From an uncultured Bdellovibrionales bacterium (GTDB lineage: Bacteria; Bdellovibrionota; Bdellovibrionia; Bdellovibrionales; JAEYZS01): DNA of 64,000 nucleotides. Each line of letters begins with the position of its first letter. The first letter of the stretch is position 1. Made by a program: the position numbers and the translations under genes. Below the pieces are notes generated by a model. The model worked only from the letters and a program-made list of their open reading frames with translations, ran no database searches and had not been told where the DNA came from. Location: the NCBI GenBank assembly GCA_964469265.1, contig CAYXYF010000003.1:23010-87009 (forward strand), read 5' to 3'. Positions 56,222-64,000 of this stretch are shown here, one piece after another.

Positions 56222-56701
56222 ATGAGCGTCATTATGAAATATTGGCTTATGAAATCAGAACCCGAGGTATATTCTCTTTCAGACCTCAAGAGAGATAAAA
56301 CCACCCTGTGGGAAGGCGTGCGCAATTATCAAGCAAGAAACTTTATGATGAAGGATATGCAGGTCGGAGACCGCGTTCTTTTTTATCATTCCAATGCAGC
56401 TCCCCCAGGGATTGCAGGCCTCGCCAAGGTTAGTAAAGATGCCGTTCCTGATCCTTTACAATTTAAAAAAAACAGCGAGTATTATGATGAAAAAGCAACA
56501 AAAGAAAAACCTCGTTGGTACTGTGTTGAGGTAAAGTTTGATAAAGAATTTGATGATTTTATTTCGCTCGACGACATTAGAAAAGATCCGAAGCTCTCAG
56601 AGATGATGGTCATACAAAAAGGCTCTCGCTTGTCCGTCCAACCTGTAAGCGAAAAAGATTTTAATCACATTGTGAAAAAAGCCAGCAAGGGAGGAAAGTA
56701 A
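56222..56701 (+). CDS. EVE (PUA-like) domain protein
   Basis: MKYWLMKSEPEVYS...WEGVRNYQARNFM..M..GD.VLFYHS is typical of the EVE domain. The start may be ATG 56234. Confidence 0.75.
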   Translation: MSVIMKYWLMKSEPEVYSLSDLKRDKTTLWEGVRNYQARNFMMKDMQVGDRVLFYHSNAAPPGIAGLAKVSKDAVPDPLQFKKNSEYYDEKATKEKPRWYCVEVKFDKEFDDFISLDDIRKDPKLSEMMVIQKGSRLSVQPVSEKDFNHIVKKASKGGK

Positions 56702-56702
56702 A

Positions 56703-56954
56703 ATGGCAAAAGTTGTAATCTACACTAAAAATAATTGCGTGTTTTGTGATCGTGCTAAGAGTTTACTCAACTCAAAAAACGTTGCCTTTGAGGAACACAA
56801 CTTAGAAGGCAAATCCGATGAGCTCAGAGTCCTTATGGAAAAAACAGGAATGCGTACAGTTCCGCAAATCTTCATCAATGATGAATTGGTCGGCGGATTT
56901 GATGATCTCAATGCTTTAGAAAAAGAAGGCAAACTCAACGACCTGTTGAAGTAA
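56703..56954 (+). CDS. grxC: glutaredoxin 3-like (active site CVFC)
   Basis: VVIYTKNNCVFCDRAKSLL...TVPQIFINDELVGGFDDLNALEKEGKL parallels E. coli Grx3 along its full length. Confidence 0.85.
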   Translation: MAKVVIYTKNNCVFCDRAKSLLNSKNVAFEEHNLEGKSDELRVLMEKTGMRTVPQIFINDELVGGFDDLNALEKEGKLNDLLK

Positions 56955-56976
56955 TCACTTCAACAATGAAGAAAAT

Positions 56977-57021
56977 ATGGGGAAATGGTGTGAATAAAAT
57001 TCCGCAAGGCCCCATTTTTTT
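56977..57021 (+). terminator. weak candidate terminator for grxC
   Basis: ATGGGG...CCCCAT with a large loop, followed by T7. Confidence 0.3.
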
Positions 57022-57160
57022 CACCAGTTTTTCCGATATTTCCCTCACTGACATTAATTATATTCATAGCTCGAAGGCTCAATTCGTTTATATTGCCATT
57101 CAATTCAATTTATGACCATTTCCCAAAGCATTACTTATGCTGAGAATAAAATCTTTCAAT

Positions 57161-57189
57161 TTGAAATTATGAGGATTTTTTCATAAAAC
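57161..57189 (+). promoter_or_regulatory. candidate sigma70-type promoter for the unannotated RNA
   Basis: TTGAAA, 17 nt spacer, TAAAAC. Would place the transcription start near 57196. Confidence 0.25.
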
Positions 57190-57195
57190 ATAGTT

Positions 57196-57400
57196 GTTCC
57201 GAGGGGTCGGAACATTTGGTTGGTTTAGCATAAGTGCAAGACGTAAAGTCGATCAATCATGGGGACGAGAGGAGAGGAGAGGTAACCGGGGGGACAGTTC
57301 ACAAAAGATCGTGCAGGAATATACGATCTGAACTGCGGTTAGGGGTTAACAGATCAACACACGGGCCTTCTGCCTAATCAACAGAAGGCCCATTTTTTTT
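57196..57400 (+). ncRNA. candidate structured, GGA-rich small RNA (~200 nt), family not recognised
   Basis: No ORF present. 5' hairpin GTTCCGA-gggg-TCGGAAC (57196-57213). Purine block GGGGACGAGAGGAGAGGAGAGG (57261-57282). Long composite stem-loop TAACCG...CAGTTC..AGATCGT-GCAGGAATAT-ACGATCT-GAACTG-CGGTTA (57283-57341). Strong plus-strand terminator at 57363-57400, although the next gene is on the opposite strand. Confidence 0.5.
57363..57400 (+). terminator. Rho-independent terminator (plus-strand specific)
   Basis: GGGCCTTCTG-cctaatcaa-CAGAAGGCCC followed by A and T8. The opposite strand lacks a T-run. Confidence 0.85.
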
Positions 57401-57417
57401 GCCTACCGTTTTTAAAA

Positions 57418-57903
57418 TTATTTTTTCACGCGAAAGATTTTGATTTCCACGCGGCGGTTGACCGCAGCGTCTTGATCGTCTGTAAGGGGCTCTGTAGAAG
57501 CTAGCCAAGACGTCTGCACCTTACTGCGCTTTATACCAGCGTCTTTCATGGTACTTCGCACAGCTAAAGCTCGTTCCTTAGAGAGATCAAGATTAAGGTC
57601 ATCGGTCCCCGTTTGGTCGCTATGCCCGACGATTTGGATTCGCTGGTACTGCTTTTGATTTTTTTTGATCTCGAAAATAAGATCATCAAGGGATTTTCTA
57701 TCTTGCGCCTTTAATTCTGAAGAATTGGGATCAAAAGTAAAAATAAGAGTGCTCACCTCAAACATTTCAACGTTTTCTTGGCTTCCCATTTCGTAAACAT
57801 CTTGCAATGACAATGGCTTTTCAACGCGCCGAGGTCTCTCCTCCTTCGGAGAGTACGCACAAGCTGCAACTAATAAACTCAATAAAAGCCCTTTAAAAAC
57901 CAT
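57418..57903 (-). CDS. OmpA-family peptidoglycan-associated lipoprotein
   Basis: Lipobox LLVAAC. OmpA-like C-domain GHSDQTGTDDLNLDLSKERALAV...NRRVEIKI. Confidence 0.8.
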   Translation of the reverse strand: MVFKGLLLSLLVAACAYSPKEERPRRVEKPLSLQDVYEMGSQENVEMFEVSTLIFTFDPNSSELKAQDRKSLDDLIFEIKKNQKQYQRIQIVGHSDQTGTDDLNLDLSKERALAVRSTMKDAGIKRSKVQTSWLASTEPLTDDQDAAVNRRVEIKIFRVKK

Positions 57904-57977
57904 GGAAAGTACTTTATAGCCGCAAAATTATTTGTCAACTCAACGAATATCATCTATTACTCAGTGCTTATCAATGC

Positions 57978-58054
57978 GCGCCCTTAGCTCAGTTGGTTAG
58001 AGTACTACCTTGACATGGTAGGGGTCAGTGGTTCGAGTCCACTAGGGCGCACCA
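57978..58054 (+). tRNA. tRNA-Val (anticodon GAC), CCA encoded
   Basis: Acceptor GCGCCCT / AGGGCGC-A-CCA. Anticodon stem CTACC/GGTAG with loop TTGACAT. T arm AGTGG-TTCGAGT-CCACT. Confidence 0.93.
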
Positions 58055-58093
58055 TTTTCATACAAACGCACTTCTTTGGTCGGCTTAGCTCTT

Positions 58094-59518
58094 TCAGAGG
58101 GGAAGGGTGATTTCGAAAGTTGTGGGTTCGCCTTTTAAGCAGCGGATTTGGCCTTTGTGCTGATCTATAATGTTTTTTGAGATACACAAGCCAAGCCCTG
58201 TTCCGTTTTGCTCTTTTGTTGTAAAGAAGGGTTCAAATATTTTGGCTTGGACCTCTTCCGTGATAGCAGGGCCATTATCGATTACACTGACTGTGAGCTG
58301 ATCTTTTTGTACGTCGGCAGCGATCTTAATCCATCTCTCTCTTTTTTCTCGAGTACTTTCAAGAGATTCAACCGAATTGCTAATGAGATTGAGTAAAACT
58401 TGTGAAAGCTGGCTTCCTCGCGTTGTGATTTCAACATGTGGTATTTCATCTATTATAATTCGAATGCCCAAGTCCTTTAATCGCTCATGACAAAGCTCTA
58501 AAGTGTCGTCAATAATTTCCTGGAGTAGTAATGTTTGTAACTCTCCACCGCCATCCTCTTTGCTATAAGACTTTAAAGAGTTTATTGTCTTTGCAATTCT
58601 TTCTGAGGTTTTTTTGATTCGATGGAGATCTTCCTTTATTTCCTCGGTCGTAGCTCTGCCATCTTCGATCTTTGTGAGTAAGTACTCTGCTTTTCCGAGG
58701 ATCAAAGACAAGGGATTATTAATCTCATGGGCAATATTTGCAGCCATTTCTCCTAAAGCTGCCATCTTTGAACTATTAATTCCCAGTGCCCTGTGAGTGT
58801 CGAGCTCTTTTTGTTTGATAAATTGTTCTGTAATATCGTGTATGGTCCCGTAAATTTCTTTAGAATTCTTAAACTGGCTCACCCGCCCCAAGCAGCGGAC
58901 GTACTTTTTAACGCCCTTCTCACTAACAAACGGAAGCTCAATGGAATAGCTCTCCCCGTGTGATATGAGTCGATCAACTTTTTTTCTCAGAATATCCCGT
59001 CCTGGCTGCGGAAAGTTAAGGAAGGCTCTTTCAAAATCAATCGGTGTGCCTAAAGGAAGATCATAAATCTCATAAATTCCTTTACTACCTACGCTTTCAC
59101 CAGCGTCAATGTTACTTCTAAAGGAGCCAATTCTTACAGTCTCTTGGATAGCATTGAAAAAGTTGTCTTGTTCTTTAAAATACGTGTAATCCCTCGCTAA
59201 GCTGTACAGCTGTCCGTCTTGAAGAAAAACTCCGTCCCATTGCAGCCAGATATAGTCGCCGTTTTTTTTCCGGTAGCGATTGATGAAAAGTTTTTCGTAA
59301 TGCCCGTCTTGGTAGTGATCTTGAATCGCCTTTTTACTCGGCTCAATATCATCAGGATGCAAAAACTCTTCAAAGCGGCGTCCGATAAGTTCATCTGCGC
59401 TCCAACCCAAAATGTTGGTCCACTCGCTTCCAACTTTTACGAACCTGCCTTCCTCATCGAAGAGACAAATCAATTGACCGCTGACTTTATAAATATTTTC
59501 GTAATCAAGGGGTTCCAT
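58094..59518 (-). CDS. cytoplasmic PAS-domain sensor histidine kinase (no adjacent response regulator)
   Basis: PAS-like N-terminal halves. H-box AANIAHEINNPL. N/G boxes LLNLISNSVES, DNGPAI and GTGLGLCISK. Confidence 0.85.
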   Translation of the reverse strand: MEPLDYENIYKVSGQLICLFDEEGRFVKVGSEWTNILGWSADELIGRRFEEFLHPDDIEPSKKAIQDHYQDGHYEKLFINRYRKKNGDYIWLQWDGVFLQDGQLYSLARDYTYFKEQDNFFNAIQETVRIGSFRSNIDAGESVGSKGIYEIYDLPLGTPIDFERAFLNFPQPGRDILRKKVDRLISHGESYSIELPFVSEKGVKKYVRCLGRVSQFKNSKEIYGTIHDITEQFIKQKELDTHRALGINSSKMAALGEMAANIAHEINNPLSLILGKAEYLLTKIEDGRATTEEIKEDLHRIKKTSERIAKTINSLKSYSKEDGGGELQTLLLQEIIDDTLELCHERLKDLGIRIIIDEIPHVEITTRGSQLSQVLLNLISNSVESLESTREKRERWIKIAADVQKDQLTVSVIDNGPAITEEVQAKIFEPFFTTKEQNGTGLGLCISKNIIDQHKGQIRCLKGEPTTFEITLPL

Positions 59519-59545
59519 AAATAACTCTTTTATTTGGTGATAAAC

Positions 59546-60094
59546 CTAACTTCTAAAAACTAGGTATTTAAAGGCAACCAGTCTGGATACCCGTTCTCGA
59601 ATAAACAAATAACTATTCTGTGAAAATGTAAAATCCGCAAAGAAACTTTTTGCTTCAAGACCTAGTAACCGGCTAAACATTAATGACCTTCTCATGTGAA
59701 ACTGATTTGTGATTACCAATAATCTTGCGTCGTTATAATTTTTCTTTATGTACATAAAAGAATCCCATGTCTTTAGGGATTCGTGATCGAGTAAAACTTG
59801 GGCGCCAGGAATTTTTGACTGCACGTAACCCGACATTGCAGTGATTTCGTTTTTATTTTTTTCATCCCCTGTGAGAAGGATTGGAACGTCTGGAAAAGAG
59901 AAGTGAGCTCGAATAGCAGCCTCTAGTCGGTCATTTAACAAGGGTTCGTCCACCTTATCACCCGAACCTAAAACTACGATAAGGTCTGGCATATCAAAAT
60001 CGAATTCTTTGCCAAGAGCTAAAACTACGCCTTCAGCAACCACGAAGACCACCAGCAGCCAAACTACTATACTTAAATACATCTTTTTTCCCAC
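59546..60094 (-). CDS. DUF218 (YdcF/SanA/ElyC) family membrane-anchored protein
   Basis: N-terminal TM, then VVLGSGD...ILLTGDE...VITNQFHMRRS, the typical DUF218 pattern. Confidence 0.7.
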   Translation of the reverse strand: MGKKMYLSIVVWLLVVFVVAEGVVLALGKEFDFDMPDLIVVLGSGDKVDEPLLNDRLEAAIRAHFSFPDVPILLTGDEKNKNEITAMSGYVQSKIPGAQVLLDHESLKTWDSFMYIKKNYNDARLLVITNQFHMRRSLMFSRLLGLEAKSFFADFTFSQNSYLFIRERVSRLVAFKYLVFRS

Positions 60095-60125
60095 ACCAGA
60101 ACTCGTCTATGAAGTTAAGAGGCTT

Positions 60126-61052
60126 TTAGTACATTTCAACGCGGTCGTTTTCTCTAAAATCCGCCCCCGAATGAACTACCCCAATGGCTCCATCTTTACC
60201 GAAGTAACTCACAATTTCAATCGTTCCTTTCATTCGACCTTCCGCGCGGCCAATGAAATTTCCAGTCTGTGGGTCAAATATATCTTGGCCCTGATCTAAA
60301 ACCTTTAATAAATCCCCGACCTGCACGCCAGACACGCGCCCTGCATTGATGTAAATCTTTTCTCCACGCACAACCGCGATACGGCCTGACCACGTCAGCT
60401 TGCGCATTGCCGAAATGAGTCCTGGGATCAACCCCTCAAAGGCAACTTGAGCTGCTTCATTGACAAGGGCTGGATCTTCTTCCAAGGCAAGATTTGAATA
60501 ACCACGTTCTGCAAAACGTGTTGTTGAGGCTTCGACTTTTGCGGTCCGAACTTGGTTAAAAATTTCTTTTTTACCATCTATGGCGTAAGCACGGATACGA
60601 ACAGTGGCTTCAACAATAGCTTTGACTTTTCTCATGATGCCGACATCATCACCAACTTTCTTCGTTTTAATATCGATGACTTGGCCTTCAACAATTCCAT
60701 TTACTCCTAACCCATGGGCTCCAAGAGCTACCTTCTCCATATCGTATTCATAACTCTGTTCAAAATCTGCTTTCAGAGAATCAAGATCGCCAGGGTAATC
60801 AGAATTTTTTAAAACAATAAACTCACCCGTTCTTAAAAGATCCGTCACAAAGCTACGGCGAGCAGAGTTCATAATGACCTGTGATTTTTGGTTTTTAGAA
60901 TCAATGAACGGCAACACGAAAACACGCTTCATGGGCTCGTTGGATTTCCGAGCTTGAACAGGAACATTCCGTTCCAAAGTGTTTGTTCGCTGCGGAAGTG
61001 TACACGATGTTAAGATAAAGGCTGGTAAGAGCGATAAGATGAGAGTTTTCAT
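60126..61052 (-). CDS. lipoprotein, CsgG/LpoB-like N-domain and FlgT_C-like C-terminal barrel (tentative)
   Basis: Lipobox FILTSC. KRVFVLPFIDSKN and GVNGIVEGQVIDI recall CsgG/LpoB-type lipoproteins. The C-terminal GRIAVVRGEKIYINAGRVSGVQVGDLLKV...DPQTGNFIG pattern recalls FlgT-C-like domains. Both calls are from memory only. Confidence 0.55.
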   Translation of the reverse strand: MKTLILSLLPAFILTSCTLPQRTNTLERNVPVQARKSNEPMKRVFVLPFIDSKNQKSQVIMNSARRSFVTDLLRTGEFIVLKNSDYPGDLDSLKADFEQSYEYDMEKVALGAHGLGVNGIVEGQVIDIKTKKVGDDVGIMRKVKAIVEATVRIRAYAIDGKKEIFNQVRTAKVEASTTRFAERGYSNLALEEDPALVNEAAQVAFEGLIPGLISAMRKLTWSGRIAVVRGEKIYINAGRVSGVQVGDLLKVLDQGQDIFDPQTGNFIGRAEGRMKGTIEIVSYFGKDGAIGVVHSGADFRENDRVEMY

Positions 61053-61117
61053 ACTATTAGAGTATCAATCATCCCACTGAAAAATGAAGGCCAAAACTGT
61101 GTTTCAATAACCTTAGT

Positions 61118-62299
61118 CTAGTCTTTAATTGTAACGTCAATCGTACGCGACGAAGCAGACGCATCGACCTTAAAGCCCGGATACTTTAAGCGCTCAATTC
61201 TTTTTGAAAGGTCTGAGATGTTTCCTGCGTAATCAACGTCATAGATTCTTCGGTGGCTTTCAATTGACCTTTCTGAAAGGTAACGAATACTTCCGATGGA
61301 TTTTAAGAGTGTTGATTTAAATCCTTCAAGGTTCTTATAAGACATATTACCCCGAACGGCGAGCTGGATCATGGACGATTCCATAATGCCTTTTCTCATC
61401 GCCCCCTCAAGCTGGGATTTTAAATCATCGGCGACTTCCGCAAAGATCTTATCTGCACCTTGGCTTAAGACACTTGCCAACTCACCAGAGTCCAATTCCA
61501 CCTCTCGAGAACTCTCAGCAACCACAGTACCCTGTGAGGAGAATATTCCCTGAAGTTTTATGTTTATCCGGTAAGCTGTTGAAACTTTTTTTGAAGTCGC
61601 AATATCAATTTGCCCTCTGATAACTAGAGGAAACTTAAAGTAACTTTCTAAGAATTGATAATCGTCTTTACGGTAATAATCTTTTTGGAAATGCCCAGGT
61701 AAAGAGTTTTTAAAGTTCCAGTCAACGGGATCGATGACATAAAAATTCAACCCTTTAAGAGATCCGCGTAAGGCGTTGTTAAACTTCTTATTGAGCTCTC
61801 GAATAACAGAATCGTTTAAATCTTCATTCACCCACCATTTATGCGTCTTTGCTCGGACCTGATCAACGACGGTTATAAAGGGCAATACAACGCCCGAGTC
61901 AAATTTAGAAGATAACACCCCTGTTTTTTCAAGCATTTGGCGCAAATTCTGCGGAGACACCTTTAAGTTCACAGCAACCTTAAACTCTTTTCCTTTTTGC
62001 TCTAAAACCTCAGCCTTAACGACGGGAGCAAATTTCCCAGAATCTTTTTGTGCTTGAATATTGATGATGTTCTTTTTGGCTTTAAAATCTTTTTCGCCAA
62101 TGAGGTCGATGGCAAATCTTTCCACCACCTTTTCAATGGCCAACTGAACTGATTTTTCACGTGCTTGAGACGGAGTGTCTGCTGTGAGCTGGATTTCTTC
62201 ATCAATATCGGCAAATTCTGAATACTGGGAGTAAGCTTGCGGTAAAAAAGAAAAATTATGTAACAGAAATGCGGTTACCACTAGAGTGAAGAATTTCAT
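61118..62299 (-). CDS. secreted 393-aa protein, unknown function
   Basis: Signal peptide FLLHNFSFLPQAYS. Sits 65 nt upstream of the lipoprotein gene on the same strand. No confident family. Confidence 0.6.
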   Translation of the reverse strand: MKFFTLVVTAFLLHNFSFLPQAYSQYSEFADIDEEIQLTADTPSQAREKSVQLAIEKVVERFAIDLIGEKDFKAKKNIINIQAQKDSGKFAPVVKAEVLEQKGKEFKVAVNLKVSPQNLRQMLEKTGVLSSKFDSGVVLPFITVVDQVRAKTHKWWVNEDLNDSVIRELNKKFNNALRGSLKGLNFYVIDPVDWNFKNSLPGHFQKDYYRKDDYQFLESYFKFPLVIRGQIDIATSKKVSTAYRINIKLQGIFSSQGTVVAESSREVELDSGELASVLSQGADKIFAEVADDLKSQLEGAMRKGIMESSMIQLAVRGNMSYKNLEGFKSTLLKSIGSIRYLSERSIESHRRIYDVDYAGNISDLSKRIERLKYPGFKVDASASSRTIDVTIKD

Positions 62300-62335
62300 A
62301 TGGTCCTCTTATTAGGTAGATCTTTAAAACTCTTA

Positions 62336-63013
62336 TTAAATGCTAGCTTTTAAGCCTAGCTTATTCAAGAGATTTGAAAAATCCATATCTGGTTTCGTCG
62401 TGACCAAGACATTCTCCTTTGTTTGTGGATCCACAAATGCAATGGAAATGGCGCAAAGAAGCGCTCTATCTATCCCATATTCACTCTGAAAATAATCATT
62501 GTTCCAGCTATTGCCATAGGTCTGATCGCCAACGATGGGGCACTTAATCATTTTTAGATGACGACGAATCTGATGATAACGTCCCGTTTCGGGCGAGGCT
62601 TTGACAAGAGAATAATGACGAGTCTCTCCCCGCGCGATCATCTCTATGCTTTCGAGAGTAGATATATTCGTCACCGCAACTTCGGTGAGTTTTTGTTTGT
62701 GTTTTTTAAGCGGTTGATCCACTCGCAGTTCTTCAGGAGCCTGTCCATGAACAAAGGCAAGATAGGTCTTTTCAACTTTCTTTTCTTTGAACAACGTTGC
62801 AAGTTGGTTCGCTTTCTGTTGGTTGAAAGCATAGATCAGAACACCGCAAGTGGATTTATCGATTCGATGAATCGGAAAAACTTTTTGACCTAATTGCTGT
62901 TGCAGATGGAACTGTGCACTCACCTTCTGATCGGCTTTTGTGTCGGCATAAACCACCATTCCTGCTGGCTTATGGACAATACAATAGGTCTTAGTTTTTT
63001 TCAGAATCTTCAT
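62336..63013 (-). CDS. RluA-family pseudouridine synthase (no S4 domain)
   Basis: HRIDKSTCGVLIYA (catalytic Asp block) and GRYHQIRRHL motif. Its start overlaps the dnaE stop by 1 nt. Confidence 0.85.
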   Translation of the reverse strand: MKILKKTKTYCIVHKPAGMVVYADTKADQKVSAQFHLQQQLGQKVFPIHRIDKSTCGVLIYAFNQQKANQLATLFKEKKVEKTYLAFVHGQAPEELRVDQPLKKHKQKLTEVAVTNISTLESIEMIARGETRHYSLVKASPETGRYHQIRRHLKMIKCPIVGDQTYGNSWNNDYFQSEYGIDRALLCAISIAFVDPQTKENVLVTTKPDMDFSNLLNKLGLKASI

Positions 63014-64000
63014 TACATTATATGAATAAAACTCGTATCAGAGTACTTGGAGTTTAATTCCTCAAAGAACCCTTGAGTCAATTCCACACCTTCAATGTCT
63101 TCAACTTCAAACATCACTTTTTTACTCAAATCATCGAGATGACATTCAAAGTACACTCGAGATTTACCTGGATGTCGTTTAAAGATTTGTTTTAACACAT
63201 TAACATCAAGCTCTTGAGCTTTGAGCGCGATTTTAATTTGTGAGGTTTTCTTCATTCGTTCTTCTAAGGTAAAGACTTCTTCTGCTATCAGCTTTACGCT
63301 ATCTTCATTCCGCTCGACGACAGCTTCGATAACAATTGGAACATCAGACTTGATTAAAGCCTCAGCTACCGCATACCGATCTGGAAAACAAACCACCTCA
63401 ATAGGAGAAGAAAGATCTTCTAAAGTCAAGATGGCCATTCTTGTTCCTTTGCGGGTAATGATCTCGCGGCTTGCAGAAACAATCCCGCCCACAGTCACTT
63501 TCTTTTTATGTTCGACGGTTTCAAGTTGCGATATTTCGTGGGTTGCAATTTTATTAAGGACATTCTCAAGTCCATGAAGGGGATGTTCACTTAAATAAAA
63601 CCCTAGTACTTCTTTCTCACAGTTTAAACGAACAGACTTTGCCCACGGCTCAACTTCTGGAAGCTCGATGGTGTTTTCTTCAGAACTTTCTTCAATAAGA
63701 TTAAATAGGCTCGATTGACCAACTTCCTTGTCGACACGGTCTACTTCCGCCCGCTCAATATACTTTTCGAACCCAGAATATAGCCTTGCACGATGAATTT
63801 CAAAACTATCAAAGGCTCCGCCTTTTATTAAACTTTCAACAACTTTCTTATTCACCCGTCGCAAGTCCACGCTCATAAAGAAATCTTCAACGGATTCAAA
63901 CTTTTTATCTTCTTTAAGTTCTCTGGCTTCAAGAATGGCTTCTACTGCGGATTGTCCAACACCCTTGATGGCACCGAGGCCGAAATAAACATCTTTATCA
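63013..64000 (-). CDS. dnaE: DNA polymerase III alpha subunit, C-terminal part (gene continues past window end)
   Basis: The ORF-track M at 63876 is internal. The frame stays open to the window edge, and my translation of 63877-63999 gives DKDVYFGLGAIKGVGQSAVEAILEARELKEDKKFESVEDFF, the DnaE HhH region. It is followed by an OB-fold-like segment (VTVGGIVSASREIITRKGTRMAILTLEDLSSPIEVVCF). Confidence 0.9.
   Translation of the reverse strand, partial: DKDVYFGLGAIKGVGQSAVEAILEARELKEDKKFESVEDFFMSVDLRRVNKKVVESLIKGGAFDSFEIHRARLYSGFEKYIERAEVDRVDKEVGQSSLFNLIEESSEENTIELPEVEPWAKSVRLNCEKEVLGFYLSEHPLHGLENVLNKIATHEISQLETVEHKKKVTVGGIVSASREIITRKGTRMAILTLEDLSSPIEVVCFPDRYAVAEALIKSDVPIVIEAVVERNEDSVKLIAEEVFTLEERMKKTSQIKIALKAQELDVNVLKQIFKRHPGKSRVYFECHLDDLSKKVMFEVEDIEGVELTQGFFEELNSKYSDTSFIHIM

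Noticed and set aside
56966-57115. 49-aa plus-strand ORF (MKKIWGNGVNKIPQGPIFF...) just after grxC
   Set aside because: It has no RBS, spans the putative grxC terminator, and has no recognisable features.
57196-57400. Assignment of the candidate RNA to 6S, SRP/4.5S, RNase P or tmRNA
   Set aside because: The remembered conserved strings are absent: the SRP GGAA/AGCA domain IV loop, the RNase P GGAAAGTCC motif and the tmRNA tRNA-like 3' end. The ends also do not form the long closing helix expected of 6S RNA.
58005-58187. 60-aa minus-strand ORF
   Set aside because: It overlaps tRNA-Val, whose cloverleaf is unambiguous.

Overview
The window is a visibly AT-rich bacterial chromosomal segment, densely coded with about 60 protein genes, two tRNAs, and no rRNA, CRISPR array, transposase or integrase. 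All calls rest on reading the supplied translations and the DNA by eye; no BLAST or HMM search was possible.

Housekeeping genes I recognise with confidence: fabI, bamB preceded by a yfgM-like TPR gene, orn, ahcY, map, hemH, fumC, a grxC-like glutaredoxin, a UvrD/Rep-type helicase, two pseudouridine synthases, the 3' end of dnaE at the right edge, and a GAF/HD-GYP gene fragment at the left edge.

Roughly a third of the genes encode signal-peptide or lipobox proteins of unknown function. These include tandem vWA lipoproteins, a 1074-aa NHL/Ig protein, a 1036-aa protein coupled to a 917-aa subtilase, a trypsin-like protease, and Cys- and Tyr-rich lipoproteins. Together with a POT peptide transporter and an orphan peptide-binding SBP, this suggests a predatory or proteolytic Bdellovibrionota (Bacteriovorax/Halobacteriovorax)-like organism. 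That is inference only.

The most interesting signals:
1. A tight five-gene minus-strand operon (26924-31375) has no other flagellar genes nearby. It encodes a PEGA+TPR lipoprotein, MotA, MotB, a 577-aa bitopic protein whose cytoplasmic C-terminus looks FliG_C-like, and a small outer-membrane barrel. It is a candidate non-flagellar stator-plus-rotor-like envelope machine.
2. A 24-nt sequence (AGGTACGCCGTACCTTTTTGTCTA) is perfectly identical at four loci. It forms a terminator-like hairpin with conserved non-hairpin flanks. Two copies supply the stop codon of the upstream gene, and one copy sits where no terminator is needed.
3. An unannotated, structured, GGA-rich RNA of about 200 nt with its own strong terminator lies at 57196-57400.
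4. A SWIB-domain protein carries a histone-H1-like KKAT-repeat tail.
5. A secreted Ala/Thr/Lys-rich 11-mer-periodic protein contains a near-perfect 153-bp tandem duplication.
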